Position numbers and translations under genes: made by a program. The notes under the pieces are model-generated. The model saw only the letters and a list, made by a program, of their open reading frames with translations. It made no database searches and had not been told where the DNA came from. This document shows, in pieces, positions 51,014-60,084 of a stretch of DNA of 64,000 nt. The DNA is from Giardia intestinalis. Lineage: Eukaryota. The DNA is taken from NCBI GenBank assembly GCA_000002435.2, contig CM018793.1, one strand, 5' to 3'. The stretch's first letter is position 1; the number at the start of each line of letters is the position of its first letter.

Positions 51014-51676
51014 ATGCACTTAGAGGATCTGTCTTCTCTGTCCAAGTTGGGCGTGTCTATCGCCATGAAAATAACAGGAGTGTCTATCCTGTCTGTTCTA
51101 TCCCTCTTTATGGTCATCAACCGACCGGAATACCTTCCCTCAATATCTGAAGCCGCTGCCAAAGGGATTCCACGGGTCGTGAACTCGATCGGGGTTGGCT
51201 TGGGAGGCTTTCTCTTCTTTGTCTCGGGGGCTCTGTGGCTAATTTACGGGTACAAGCAAACAGGGGGGTGGGCAGTGCATGCGAAGATACTCTTCACCTT
51301 TATGGTTCACTCTGTCTCCTCGTTTTGCCTTATATCTCAGGCAGTCATTCCGATCAAGCTTCGAGAAGAGACATGTATTCATAGAGTCTTCGCAGCCATC
51401 TTCTTTCTGACAGCCTTTCTACTGTGTTACTTACTTGAAAGCATTGAAAAGGCAATTCATGAGGTGTGCGCCTCGGTACGACTGCTGAGATCTGCTCTCC
51501 TATTCCTGGGTGTTTCAGCGATGCTCTTCGGAGGCAATCTGGCCACTGCCTGGGGCAACTTTATGTCCCACAGTCCAAAAATGGCCGAGCTTCGTATACT
51601 AACAGGCTTCTCGTGCATTCAGTACGTCATCGTTTTTTCACTCCTCTTATATATGTACACATTTGGTCTCAGCTGA
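51014..51676 (+). CDS. Small multi-pass membrane protein (about 220 aa, 5-6 predicted TM helices)
   Basis: The track start at 50990 is a TTG. The ATG at 51014 sits in 'cgggtttaaaaATGcac'. Successive hydrophobic helices (VSILSVLSLFMVI; IGVGLGGFLFFVSGALWLIYGY; ILFTFMVHSVSSFCLISQAVIPI; VFAAIFFLTAFLLCYLL; LLFLGVSAMLFGGNLATAWG; FSCIQYVIVFSLLLYMY). Confidence 0.5.
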   Translation: MHLEDLSSLSKLGVSIAMKITGVSILSVLSLFMVINRPEYLPSISEAAAKGIPRVVNSIGVGLGGFLFFVSGALWLIYGYKQTGGWAVHAKILFTFMVHSVSSFCLISQAVIPIKLREETCIHRVFAAIFFLTAFLLCYLLESIEKAIHEVCASVRLLRSALLFLGVSAMLFGGNLATAWGNFMSHSPKMAELRILTGFSCIQYVIVFSLLLYMYTFGLS

Positions 51677-51686
51677 GCCTCTATCT

Positions 51687-54629
51687 TTACTCTTCCAATA
51701 AGTCGTAGGATTTCAGTATATGATCTTCAATAGACTGCTTAAATGCATCGATACTTATTCCACGGGCTGTGTCACTGAGTGTCATGTATTCAGCGATGAT
51801 CTCTGCGTATGCTCCCTGGGAAGATACCACTATTATATTCAGCTGGACGCCTCTAGTTTCATACACTCTCTTTTGTACCATGTCTATCGTCGCTGATATT
51901 CGTGCCGCAGCGTCACTGTCAGCTCTTAGATATAGTGTCTCGTGCGGTTGCTTGGTCTTGCTTCGTCTATCCCGGTTCATCCGTTGTTTGTCTGCGACAG
52001 AAGGCTGGACGGACAGAGACCGTGGAAAGGGGATTTGTACTGACGTATATGGATGGCGTGGATCGTCTCTGGGGTTGCTCAAACCTAGACTCGGAGATCG
52101 GATGAACTCTTTTATACCTTTATAACCTGCGGTGAGCTTTTCTCGGATGGTACTGTGTGATCTTGTGCTGGCCAGTGGCTTTGCATGGAACCTGGAACGT
52201 TTGAGAGATGAAGCTTGCGCGTAATTAGATTCTGTTGCCGAGATTGCTTTCAATTGCTCATCGTCCTCAACGATATTACAAGAAGGTGCGGCGGGTTGTG
52301 TCTCTGTGTGCTGTTCACTGCGCGTAGATTCACTGCGCTTAGAAAATACCAGCTTGTTGTACAGTGGACTTATAGGATTGATATTTATGAAGACATATAA
52401 ACAGTAGAAGCTCTCGAGAAGATACACCCCTGGCCTTTCTAATGACGAGGAGAGAAGGGGAAGCTCTATACCTTCGTTGTCGGTAGGAGCAGGTATTGTT
52501 ACATCAACATAGTATAGGTGTGGACAAAGATAAGCAATCATATCAACCGTAGTTATGCCTTCCAATGTTATCATAGATATGAGACTCTTAACCACAGATT
52601 CAGGTCGTGGAGGACTCAGGTCGAGCATATCTGTTTTTAGTATGGAGAAGACTAGGTCCGGAAGAGCCCGGAGCTGTGGACAATAGTCTAAGAATCGCAG
52701 CCCTTCAACAAGGTCCAATTTGAAGATGTTAGACCGCTGATAGCAAACCACATCCGGCAGGGTACTGTGGTACAAAGCTAGGCAGTCCCGCAAGTTGCGA
52801 CGGAGGACCTTCCCCGCCGTTGCTGAGTCTATAGTCTCTGAAAGGGTTGATGCGTATACTATAAAGAGATCGGTATGCTTGTTGAGAATTAGCTCTTGTG
52901 GGTTACTGGTATGGGGAGACCATCGCAAGGTTTGGGCAATGAGTTTGACGTACATATTCAAAAGTACGTGGGGATTGACGCTCGTTATTATCTTTGTTAT
53001 ATCAGAGGACAATCTTAGTGGCTTTGTGCACACGCGAATCACCCGTTGTCCAGAGAATGTAATGAACGATGTGCGTGCTTGGTAGTATGCGATGTCTCCA
53101 TCGAGTTCCCCGTGCACCTGAAGACGTACCCCACAGCAGGAAGCTTGTGTTGCCGCAGCAAGGTATATGACTACGTCTGAGCGATGCATGACGGTCCCCA
53201 GCACATGCTTCACGCTTATCTGCTTTGGAAGATGTAGCGAACAATAGACGTCAAAACAGGTCGCTTCCCCAAACTCTCGCTGTAGAAAGAGCTGAATAGG
53301 GACTTCTGCTGTATGCGGAGAGAACCTCTCTACATACCAGAGACCACCGTTGGTATGCCGTACCAACTCTAGCACACTTCCGAAGCTTGAAACAGAGCTT
53401 GCGGGCATGAGCACCATGCTGACTGAGATTTTCAGTCGAACAAGCCGGATGGCCATATCACCGTAGAACGCGTTGAGGCACGAGAATCGATTCTTCATAT
53501 TAAAGTGATTATCCTGACAGGCTGCTCTGCCGCTGGTGTCGCATTGCCCCGGAGCTAGATTCTTCGGCTGGGTTGAAACGAACACTATAACGCGCCCTCC
53601 CTGTGGTTTAAGGATTTCGGTTATGAGCTCAAGGGCATGTGCAAGTTCTGTCTGTCTCACCTGAGTCAGAGTAGGAGGGACAAAAGATAAGGTCTGCTTG
53701 AGCGCTAGTGTGTGGATGGTTCTTTTAATGAATGAGTAGAGCGCGTTGAAGCTGTGGAGATCTGAAATATTAATTAGAAAGCCATCTGGAACCGGGAGTG
53801 TGTTCCTATCTACTAAAGAGTATATGCACAGGTCTTGAGAGCTTGGAGACATCCGTGCTAAGACGTGCACATATGTGTTGAAAAAGAGCAGGCCAATGCA
53901 GATAGAACAATTATGGCGATTGTGGATCTCAACCAGGTAGTCTAGATGTCCTAGGACGGCGGTTAAAACCTCAATTGCCTTCTTTGTCCGTATGGTATAT
54001 TCGGTTAACTCTATAGCATAATAACAGGCGTGGCCCGTACTTGTGCTAGTCAACTCTGTGCACTCAGCTCCTGCTCCGACAGTCTGCGCAGGGCATAGGT
54101 AATCGTACGCCTCATGCGAGAGTTCTGGCCGTGTCATATTAACATTGCGAAGCAAGGCTGAGTAGGCGGGTGGGAGGCGTGTGAGCTCGTCACAAATGCA
54201 ACAGAAAACCATTGTCCTGGTATCAGTGAATCTGTTATATCCGTTGATATAAGCTCCACAAAAGGAGCACCGTGGGAGCTGCAGCCCCGTATCCTGTTGC
54301 AAGGTGACCGTTGTATCTCCAATAGCAGAGAGAGGCTCCACTATTAGTCCAAGGGAAAACTTCATCTGAGACTCTAAGGCGGAATTCCTCGGAAAAACCT
54401 TGTGTGTCATCGTCATAAAGGGGCTGGTGCAGGCCTGGATTCCCTTTTTGTATCGCTGCAAGCTCATGTACATGACCATAGATGAAGCGTTGGGTTCAAC
54501 TGAGCCGTGTCTCTGAAATGTATCCTGCACGAACCCTTCCACAGTTCCTTGTAGCTCTCCAGATGATCTAGCAAAGGTGCTGCTTGATCTAGCCGATGGA
54601 CGCAGGACACTAGCTTTGCGACTCGTCAT
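51687..54629 (-). CDS. SEC24: Sec24-like COPII coat subunit (980 aa)
   Basis: Sec24-type zinc finger (PRCSFCGAYINGYNRF...MVFCCICDELTRLPP, compare RCRRCRAYINPF...WxCNxC). An N-terminal segment (IQACTSPFMTMTHKVFPRNSALESQMKFSLGLIVEPL) matches the Sec24 'RCT...P...LPLGL..P' segment. Length and trunk/helical regions are consistent. The stop is 10 bp from the convergent upstream + gene stop. Confidence 0.8.
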   Translation of the reverse strand: MTSRKASVLRPSARSSSTFARSSGELQGTVEGFVQDTFQRHGSVEPNASSMVMYMSLQRYKKGIQACTSPFMTMTHKVFPRNSALESQMKFSLGLIVEPLSAIGDTTVTLQQDTGLQLPRCSFCGAYINGYNRFTDTRTMVFCCICDELTRLPPAYSALLRNVNMTRPELSHEAYDYLCPAQTVGAGAECTELTSTSTGHACYYAIELTEYTIRTKKAIEVLTAVLGHLDYLVEIHNRHNCSICIGLLFFNTYVHVLARMSPSSQDLCIYSLVDRNTLPVPDGFLINISDLHSFNALYSFIKRTIHTLALKQTLSFVPPTLTQVRQTELAHALELITEILKPQGGRVIVFVSTQPKNLAPGQCDTSGRAACQDNHFNMKNRFSCLNAFYGDMAIRLVRLKISVSMVLMPASSVSSFGSVLELVRHTNGGLWYVERFSPHTAEVPIQLFLQREFGEATCFDVYCSLHLPKQISVKHVLGTVMHRSDVVIYLAAATQASCCGVRLQVHGELDGDIAYYQARTSFITFSGQRVIRVCTKPLRLSSDITKIITSVNPHVLLNMYVKLIAQTLRWSPHTSNPQELILNKHTDLFIVYASTLSETIDSATAGKVLRRNLRDCLALYHSTLPDVVCYQRSNIFKLDLVEGLRFLDYCPQLRALPDLVFSILKTDMLDLSPPRPESVVKSLISMITLEGITTVDMIAYLCPHLYYVDVTIPAPTDNEGIELPLLSSSLERPGVYLLESFYCLYVFININPISPLYNKLVFSKRSESTRSEQHTETQPAAPSCNIVEDDEQLKAISATESNYAQASSLKRSRFHAKPLASTRSHSTIREKLTAGYKGIKEFIRSPSLGLSNPRDDPRHPYTSVQIPFPRSLSVQPSVADKQRMNRDRRSKTKQPHETLYLRADSDAAARISATIDMVQKRVYETRGVQLNIIVVSSQGAYAEIIAEYMTLSDTARGISIDAFKQSIEDHILKSYDLLEE

Positions 54630-54747
54630 TCAATCAGCTTATCTTTGAATGTGTTCCAGCAAGTTTTGGCCTGTCAGGAGACTTAGTAATGGGCTATGGG
54701 AGTCATTCTAGGGTAGGGTATTGTTAGCATGCTAATGGTATGTTAAT

Positions 54748-55839
54748 ATGTTCTCACAAGGACAGTTTTTACTTCCGTCTCTGCCAGCTATGGATCTGAT
54801 GTGCGATCAAAATCCATCTCCACCTCTGCTGTCTTCTTCTCTTCCACTTAGTATCCATACACATAACTCAGTTCATGACCTCGATGCCATCTCCACACCG
54901 GCGGGACTATGTTCGTCCGGCCTCTTATGGAACCCTCCTGAGCACGACACAGTTCTCCCGGAGCCGTGCCCTCTCCAGTCCTCCTCCGGGCTTTTCCACC
55001 CACCCCATGCAGATCCTGATGCCACTATCCTCTTTCCGTGCAATCTAAGAAATACACAGGCTCTTGATGTATTCTCCCAATCTACAAGCTTTAGGACAAC
55101 CGGAGAAGGTGCTCTGACCATAGCAGGCGGGCGTTATCTAGACCCCATCGCTAAAAATCATATGTTGCTGGAGCAGCATCTACACTCGATCAAAGACGAA
55201 TGGGTAGAGACAGCTCTGAAGGTACTGGTGGGTATAACGCAGGAAAACGTAGAGACTTCTGCTGCTGTGGAAAGTGTCCTGATCGAACGCCTGGGGAAGG
55301 AAAGGTACGACGGGCTCCGCACAGCACCGTTGTTTCTATTCCTGAACGTGGTTGCTGCTGGCTTTTGGATGGATGACGTCATGCCTTCCTTTCCAAAGGT
55401 GCTGTCGCAGGAGGATCGAACTAAGAGGTTTGCGAATTCTATTGAGGCGATGTACGAGGCTGTGTTAAGGACTTTGGAGATACCGGCAACACGAGAACAG
55501 CTTGCTGAAAAGACTGGTTTTCAACGCCGTCGACTGAGTAGTGTCATGATGCCTCTTCGGGCTATCGGGCTCATTGCAGAACCGGAAAACCTCAAGAAAG
55601 ACCATCCCAACAGTGACAAGGCTGTTTGTGAACATGACGGAGGGCCGAACTTGATTCTCTGCAGGAATGCCCGACAGGAGGCAGCATCCTTCATGATCTC
55701 CGGCTTCTGTCGCTATTATCGGCAACTCCGCCTCATCCGGCAGCATCTCGAACGGACCATTGGGCTCGTGCGCTATGACAACAGCTTCATTGACGAGCGC
55801 CTGACATATCTGACAAGGCCCCGCCCAGACATGAAATGA
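54748..55839 (+). CDS. E2F/DP-family winged-helix DNA-binding protein-like (363 aa)
   Basis: The segment TKRFANSIEAMYEAVLRTLEIPATREQLAEKTGFQRRRLSSVMMPLRAIGLIAEPENLKK parallels the E2F DNA-binding domain (TKRF...[31 protein letters not shown]). The remainder is unassigned. Confidence 0.6.
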   Translation: MFSQGQFLLPSLPAMDLMCDQNPSPPLLSSSLPLSIHTHNSVHDLDAISTPAGLCSSGLLWNPPEHDTVLPEPCPLQSSSGLFHPPHADPDATILFPCNLRNTQALDVFSQSTSFRTTGEGALTIAGGRYLDPIAKNHMLLEQHLHSIKDEWVETALKVLVGITQENVETSAAVESVLIERLGKERYDGLRTAPLFLFLNVVAAGFWMDDVMPSFPKVLSQEDRTKRFANSIEAMYEAVLRTLEIPATREQLAEKTGFQRRRLSSVMMPLRAIGLIAEPENLKKDHPNSDKAVCEHDGGPNLILCRNARQEAASFMISGFCRYYRQLRLIRQHLERTIGLVRYDNSFIDERLTYLTRPRPDMK

Positions 55840-55841
55840 AA

Positions 55842-55848
55842 GTTCACT
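55842..55848 (-). promoter_or_regulatory. AGTGAAC polyadenylation signal of PFOR
   Basis: The reverse complement of 55842-55848 (gttcact) is AGTGAAC, matching the AGTRAAY consensus, 2 nt after the TAA stop (55851-55853, minus strand). It lies within the 11-bp convergent gap to the E2F-like gene. Confidence 0.6.
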
Positions 55849-55850
55849 GC

Positions 55851-58800
55851 TTACTCCGCCTTGGCGGTCGCCTGCATTTCGCTGTACTTCTTGTAGCGGC
55901 TGTTGACGAAGTCCTGCAGCTCGGTTCTCAGTACTTCTGCCTCCGCGGGGCGTTCGCTGAGAAGTTGGTTGAAGCGGTTCTGCCTATTAAGGAAGTCTGT
56001 GACGGGCTTTGACGGCTCCTTGCACCCCATGACGAGACCACGCTCCGGATGTCTGGTGTAGGTGAGCCAATAGCCTGTCTCGACGGCAAGCTTCTGGGTC
56101 GCGTTGGATGCCTTCATATCCTCCCCGTGCTCGATGCAAGGCGCATAGGCCATGACAATCGAAGGCCCAGTCCACTCGAACGCCTCTCTGATGGTCTTGA
56201 TCGCAGCGGTATGGGAGTAGCCGAGGCTGATAGACCCAACGTACACATTATCGTATGCCATAGCGATCTGGCCCATGTCTTTCTTCTCCGTGCGCTTTCC
56301 GGCAGCTGCGAAGCGTGCCACAGCACCAAGAGGCGTGGCCTTGGAACGCTGCCCGCCTGTGTTTGAGTAGACCTCAGTGTCCAGTATGAGGATAGTCACG
56401 TCGAGACCCGTGCTAAGGACGTGGTCCAGGCCTGCGAAGCCGATATCGTAAGACCAGCCGTCACCGCCCTGAATCAAGACGAGAGGCCTTGCAAGAAGGT
56501 CCAGATTCGATGGCAGGGTGAGCAGATCCTTGGCCTCCCTGAGCTCGTCACAGTCTGCGGAAAGAGCCATGATCTGCTCCTTCAGCTTGTCGCCAGCTGT
56601 CTCGCTCTCGGCGATCTTATTATAGTTCTCAATCCAACTGTTTGCAGCCTCAATGAATTTATCTCCTCCGAGGTTCTTCGCAACAAGTCCCTTGACGGTT
56701 TCGAGGATGCGCTCGCGGCGCTGCTGAATGCCGACCAGCATACCCATGCCGAACTCGGCGTTATCCTCGAAGAGAGAGTTGGCCCAGGCAGGGCCTTGTC
56801 CCTTTGCGTTCTTGGTGTATGGGGAGAATGGGAAGCTGAAGCCGTAAATAGACGAGCATCCGGTTGCATTCGCGATGATCAAGCGGCTTCCAAAGAGCCT
56901 CGTCACATGCGTAATATACGCCGTCTCACCACAGCCAGCGCAGGCGCCGTGATATTCGAACAGCGGGCGGCGGTACTGGTATGCCTTCTCACTCTCATCA
57001 AGGGTCCAATCGTCCGTCTTCACAGAGACGTTGTCTGCGAGACTGTAGAACTTCTCGACCTCTCTGGCCTCAACGTTATGTGTGACCTCCATCTTCAGAG
57101 TTCCCTTCTCTCTCGTCGGGCAGACCTGAGAGCAGACCTGGCATCCGGTGCAATCAAGTGTCGACGCCTGGATGGCCAGCTTGAAGTTTCCTTTGCTCTT
57201 AACGACTGGATTCTTGATAGGAATGAGCTGGTCGCGGATCACCGGGGCAAGCTTCTCCTCCTCCTCGGAGCTAACCAAGTACGGGCGAATGACGGCGTGC
57301 GGGCAGGCAGTGACGCAGAGCATACACTGGATGCACGTGCTGGACTGCCAAACGGGGACCTGAACAGCGATGTTCCTCTTTGCGTACTGGGTCGTCCCAG
57401 TCATCATAAAGCCACCCTTACGGAAGGCGCTCACCTTGAGATCGTCACCTCGGCCCGTGGTCGCGGGAATCATAACGTTCTTGACAAACTCTGGCGCAGC
57501 CGAGACGATCTTTTCCATGCGCTTGTTGTACATCTTAACGAAGGAACCATCCTCAATACTGGCCCAGTTCTTCGGGTACTTGATCTCCTTGATTGCACCC
57601 TCCTTGATCGTGGCGTCGATGCAAGCGAGGTTCATGTTGACGACCTTCTCGCCCTTCCTGCTGAAGGTCTTGATGACCGTCTTCTTCCAAATGTCAATGG
57701 CCTGATCCGGCGGCAGAACGCCAGAGAGGAGGAAGAACGCAGTCTGGAGGGCGGAGTTTATCCTGCCCGGCAGCCCAGCCTCGAGAGAGATCTCACTTGC
57801 GTCCATGACCATCAATTTAAGGCCCTTGTCTTCGATCATCTTGCGCATGTTCTTTGGAATCGCAGCAGTGACTTCCTCGACGTTACTCGCAGACGTGTTG
57901 AGCAATAGGAGGCTCCCAGGCTTGCAGCGCTCCACAAGCAAAATGTTATACTTTGTAAGATAAGACGGCTGCGAAACGGCTGTGAAGTCGGCATCGTGGA
58001 TAAGATACTCGCAGCGGATAGGCTTGTCGCCGAACCTGAGATGCGCGCTGGTGAAGCCGCCCGCCTTAAAGCTATCGTAGTCAAAGTAGCCCTGCGTAAA
58101 GAGAGGTGTGTTGTCTGAAATGATCTTGATAGCATTCTTGTTGGCGCCGACAACACCATCGGACCCCATACCAAAGAAGAGGCACTGGACGGTGCCCTTA
58201 GGAACAAGGGACGGAGAGGCGGGATCACGCTTCAAGGACATGTGTGTGACGTCGTCTTCAATCCCAACGGTGAAGTTGTTAAGTGGAGTTGTGGCCTGAA
58301 GGTTCCTGAAGATCGCGAAGGCATCTGCAGTGTTGAAGTCCTTGGAAGAAAGACCGAAGATGCCACCAATGACGGTCGTCACGGCGCTCAGCCTGTTGCC
58401 GCTGTAGAGGGCCTCAATTACGTCCAGTCTGAGAGGTTCTGCGCCGGCCATGATCTCCTTCGCCTTCTCCATGACGCAGATACGCCTGCAACTAGTGGGA
58501 ATTGCTTCGAGGAGCTTATCTCCGCAGAAGGGCCTAAAGAGGTGGACGCAGACAACGCCGACCTTATCGCCGCGCTCAACGAGGTACTCAACGACCTCGC
58601 GGACAGTCAGGTAGCCACTGCCCATGATGATGACAACAGCAGTCGCGTCTGGGGCACCGAAATAATTGAAGAACTTGTAGGAGCGACCGGTGATCTCCCT
58701 CACCTTCTCAAAAGCGCGCTCAATGTGGCCTGGGATTTCTGCATAGTGCTTATTGTCCGCCTCGCCAGCCTGCATCCAGATGGGAGGACCTTGGCAGGAC

Positions 58801-59450
58801 CCACGCATCTCGGGGTGCTGTGGAGAGAGAGACTTCTGGCGGAAGGCCTCGATCTCATCGTAGGGGACGTGGGGCCTGAGATGCTCGTAATCAATGAGCT
58901 CCACCTTCTTGATGGTATGAGATGTCCTGAAGCCATCAAACGCATGGACAACCGGGTGAGAGGAATAGATGGCTGTGAGGTGCGCAGCAATGGCCATGTC
59001 CATCGCCTCCTGGATGTCCTCGGAAACCATGATCGTGCATCCCGTCTGCCTGACAGCCATGATATCGGCGTGGTCTCCGTGGACCGACAGAGAGTGCGTA
59101 GCAATCGTGCGTGCGGCAACGTGGAAGACGGCGGGCAGATGCTCCCCAGCCATCTTGTACATGTTGGGGATCATCAGCAGGAGGCCCTGGGACGCCGTGT
59201 AGGTGGAGGCCAGCAGACCCGTGCTGAGAGCTCCGTGCAAGGCGCCTGCAGCAGCCCCCTCGGAGTTCATCTCCTCAACCCTGAGGGTCTGGCCGAACGC
59301 ATTCTTGCGGCCCTTGGCAGCCCAGGAGTCGACATACTCGGCCATGGGGGTCGACGGCGTGATCGGGTAGATTATCGATGCATCCGAGAAGAAGTAGGAC
59401 ACATGGGCAGCCGCGTGACAGCCGTCTATAGGCGCGTGGACCACAGACAT
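55851..59450 (-). CDS. PFOR: Pyruvate:ferredoxin (flavodoxin) oxidoreductase, PFOR (1199 aa)
   Basis: Full-length single-chain PFOR. N-terminal pyrimidine-binding and transketolase-like domains. Two 4Fe-4S ferredoxin motifs (CIQCMLCVTACPHAVIRP; CTGCQVCSQVCP). TPP-binding domain (GGDGWSYDIGFAGLDHV...ILILDTEVYSNTGGQRSKATP). Initiator 'ccaataaattaaATGtct'. AGTGAAC polyA signal 2 nt after the stop. Confidence 0.92.
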   Translation of the reverse strand: MSVVHAPIDGCHAAAHVSYFFSDASIIYPITPSTPMAEYVDSWAAKGRKNAFGQTLRVEEMNSEGAAAGALHGALSTGLLASTYTASQGLLLMIPNMYKMAGEHLPAVFHVAARTIATHSLSVHGDHADIMAVRQTGCTIMVSEDIQEAMDMAIAAHLTAIYSSHPVVHAFDGFRTSHTIKKVELIDYEHLRPHVPYDEIEAFRQKSLSPQHPEMRGSCQGPPIWMQAGEADNKHYAEIPGHIERAFEKVREITGRSYKFFNYFGAPDATAVVIIMGSGYLTVREVVEYLVERGDKVGVVCVHLFRPFCGDKLLEAIPTSCRRICVMEKAKEIMAGAEPLRLDVIEALYSGNRLSAVTTVIGGIFGLSSKDFNTADAFAIFRNLQATTPLNNFTVGIEDDVTHMSLKRDPASPSLVPKGTVQCLFFGMGSDGVVGANKNAIKIISDNTPLFTQGYFDYDSFKAGGFTSAHLRFGDKPIRCEYLIHDADFTAVSQPSYLTKYNILLVERCKPGSLLLLNTSASNVEEVTAAIPKNMRKMIEDKGLKLMVMDASEISLEAGLPGRINSALQTAFFLLSGVLPPDQAIDIWKKTVIKTFSRKGEKVVNMNLACIDATIKEGAIKEIKYPKNWASIEDGSFVKMYNKRMEKIVSAAPEFVKNVMIPATTGRGDDLKVSAFRKGGFMMTGTTQYAKRNIAVQVPVWQSSTCIQCMLCVTACPHAVIRPYLVSSEEEEKLAPVIRDQLIPIKNPVVKSKGNFKLAIQASTLDCTGCQVCSQVCPTREKGTLKMEVTHNVEAREVEKFYSLADNVSVKTDDWTLDESEKAYQYRRPLFEYHGACAGCGETAYITHVTRLFGSRLIIANATGCSSIYGFSFPFSPYTKNAKGQGPAWANSLFEDNAEFGMGMLVGIQQRRERILETVKGLVAKNLGGDKFIEAANSWIENYNKIAESETAGDKLKEQIMALSADCDELREAKDLLTLPSNLDLLARPLVLIQGGDGWSYDIGFAGLDHVLSTGLDVTILILDTEVYSNTGGQRSKATPLGAVARFAAAGKRTEKKDMGQIAMAYDNVYVGSISLGYSHTAAIKTIREAFEWTGPSIVMAYAPCIEHGEDMKASNATQKLAVETGYWLTYTRHPERGLVMGCKEPSKPVTDFLNRQNRFNQLLSERPAEAEVLRTELQDFVNSRYKKYSEMQATAKAE

Positions 59451-60084
59451 TTAATTTATTGGGGCAAAATGTTGTAATTTCACTTCGTAATAGATAGTGG
59501 TCAAAGTTATTATGCGTCTCAGAATTTTTTAGCAAGTTGTAGGACTCCTCCTCTGGTGTCATGCACTCTCGGATCGTCCCGGTGTCGTACCCCCAGACTA
59601 AAGACGGTCTGCTCGGACCTTCATACAATATCCCTTTCCTCCGGGGATTAGCCAGACTCTGCCATATAGCATTTACATCGTTGCAAGCATTAGAGAGATT
59701 GCCTTTTAATTTTAATTAAAATCTTCGCTTATGTCATGGCACATTCACATTCCTCTTGGTCACTAGTATCTACGTTATGCCAGCTCCCCTACTCCTGCAG
59801 TTCTCATTCTGAAGGGTAGCACGTCAAACACTTTGATCAACCCCACTGACGCTTATTTAATTTATTTTGACAAAAGTAGTATAACAGTAGATGGTAGCCA
59901 GATAGCTGCTACACATTGGAATGAGATAAAAAGCATATTAGATGCCGGATAGCAGAATTTCATTTTGCACAAAGGATAGATCAACCGACACGACCTCATT
60001 GCTCTCTTTCTCCACTGGAGCCTGATGTACACAGAGAAGATGCGCCTTTACACATAACATCTCAGCAGCCAGTAACGCTCTGTG

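Noticed and set aside
55851-59450. Reading PFOR, IscU, HAD and ZIP as a prokaryotic metabolic island or operon
   Set aside because: The genes are dispersed and on different strands, with no RBS spacing. They sit among NEK kinases, ankyrin proteins, Sec24, roadblock and E2F-like genes, with eukaryotic A-rich initiators and AGTRAAY polyA signals. Giardia is well known to encode PFOR and IscU natively.
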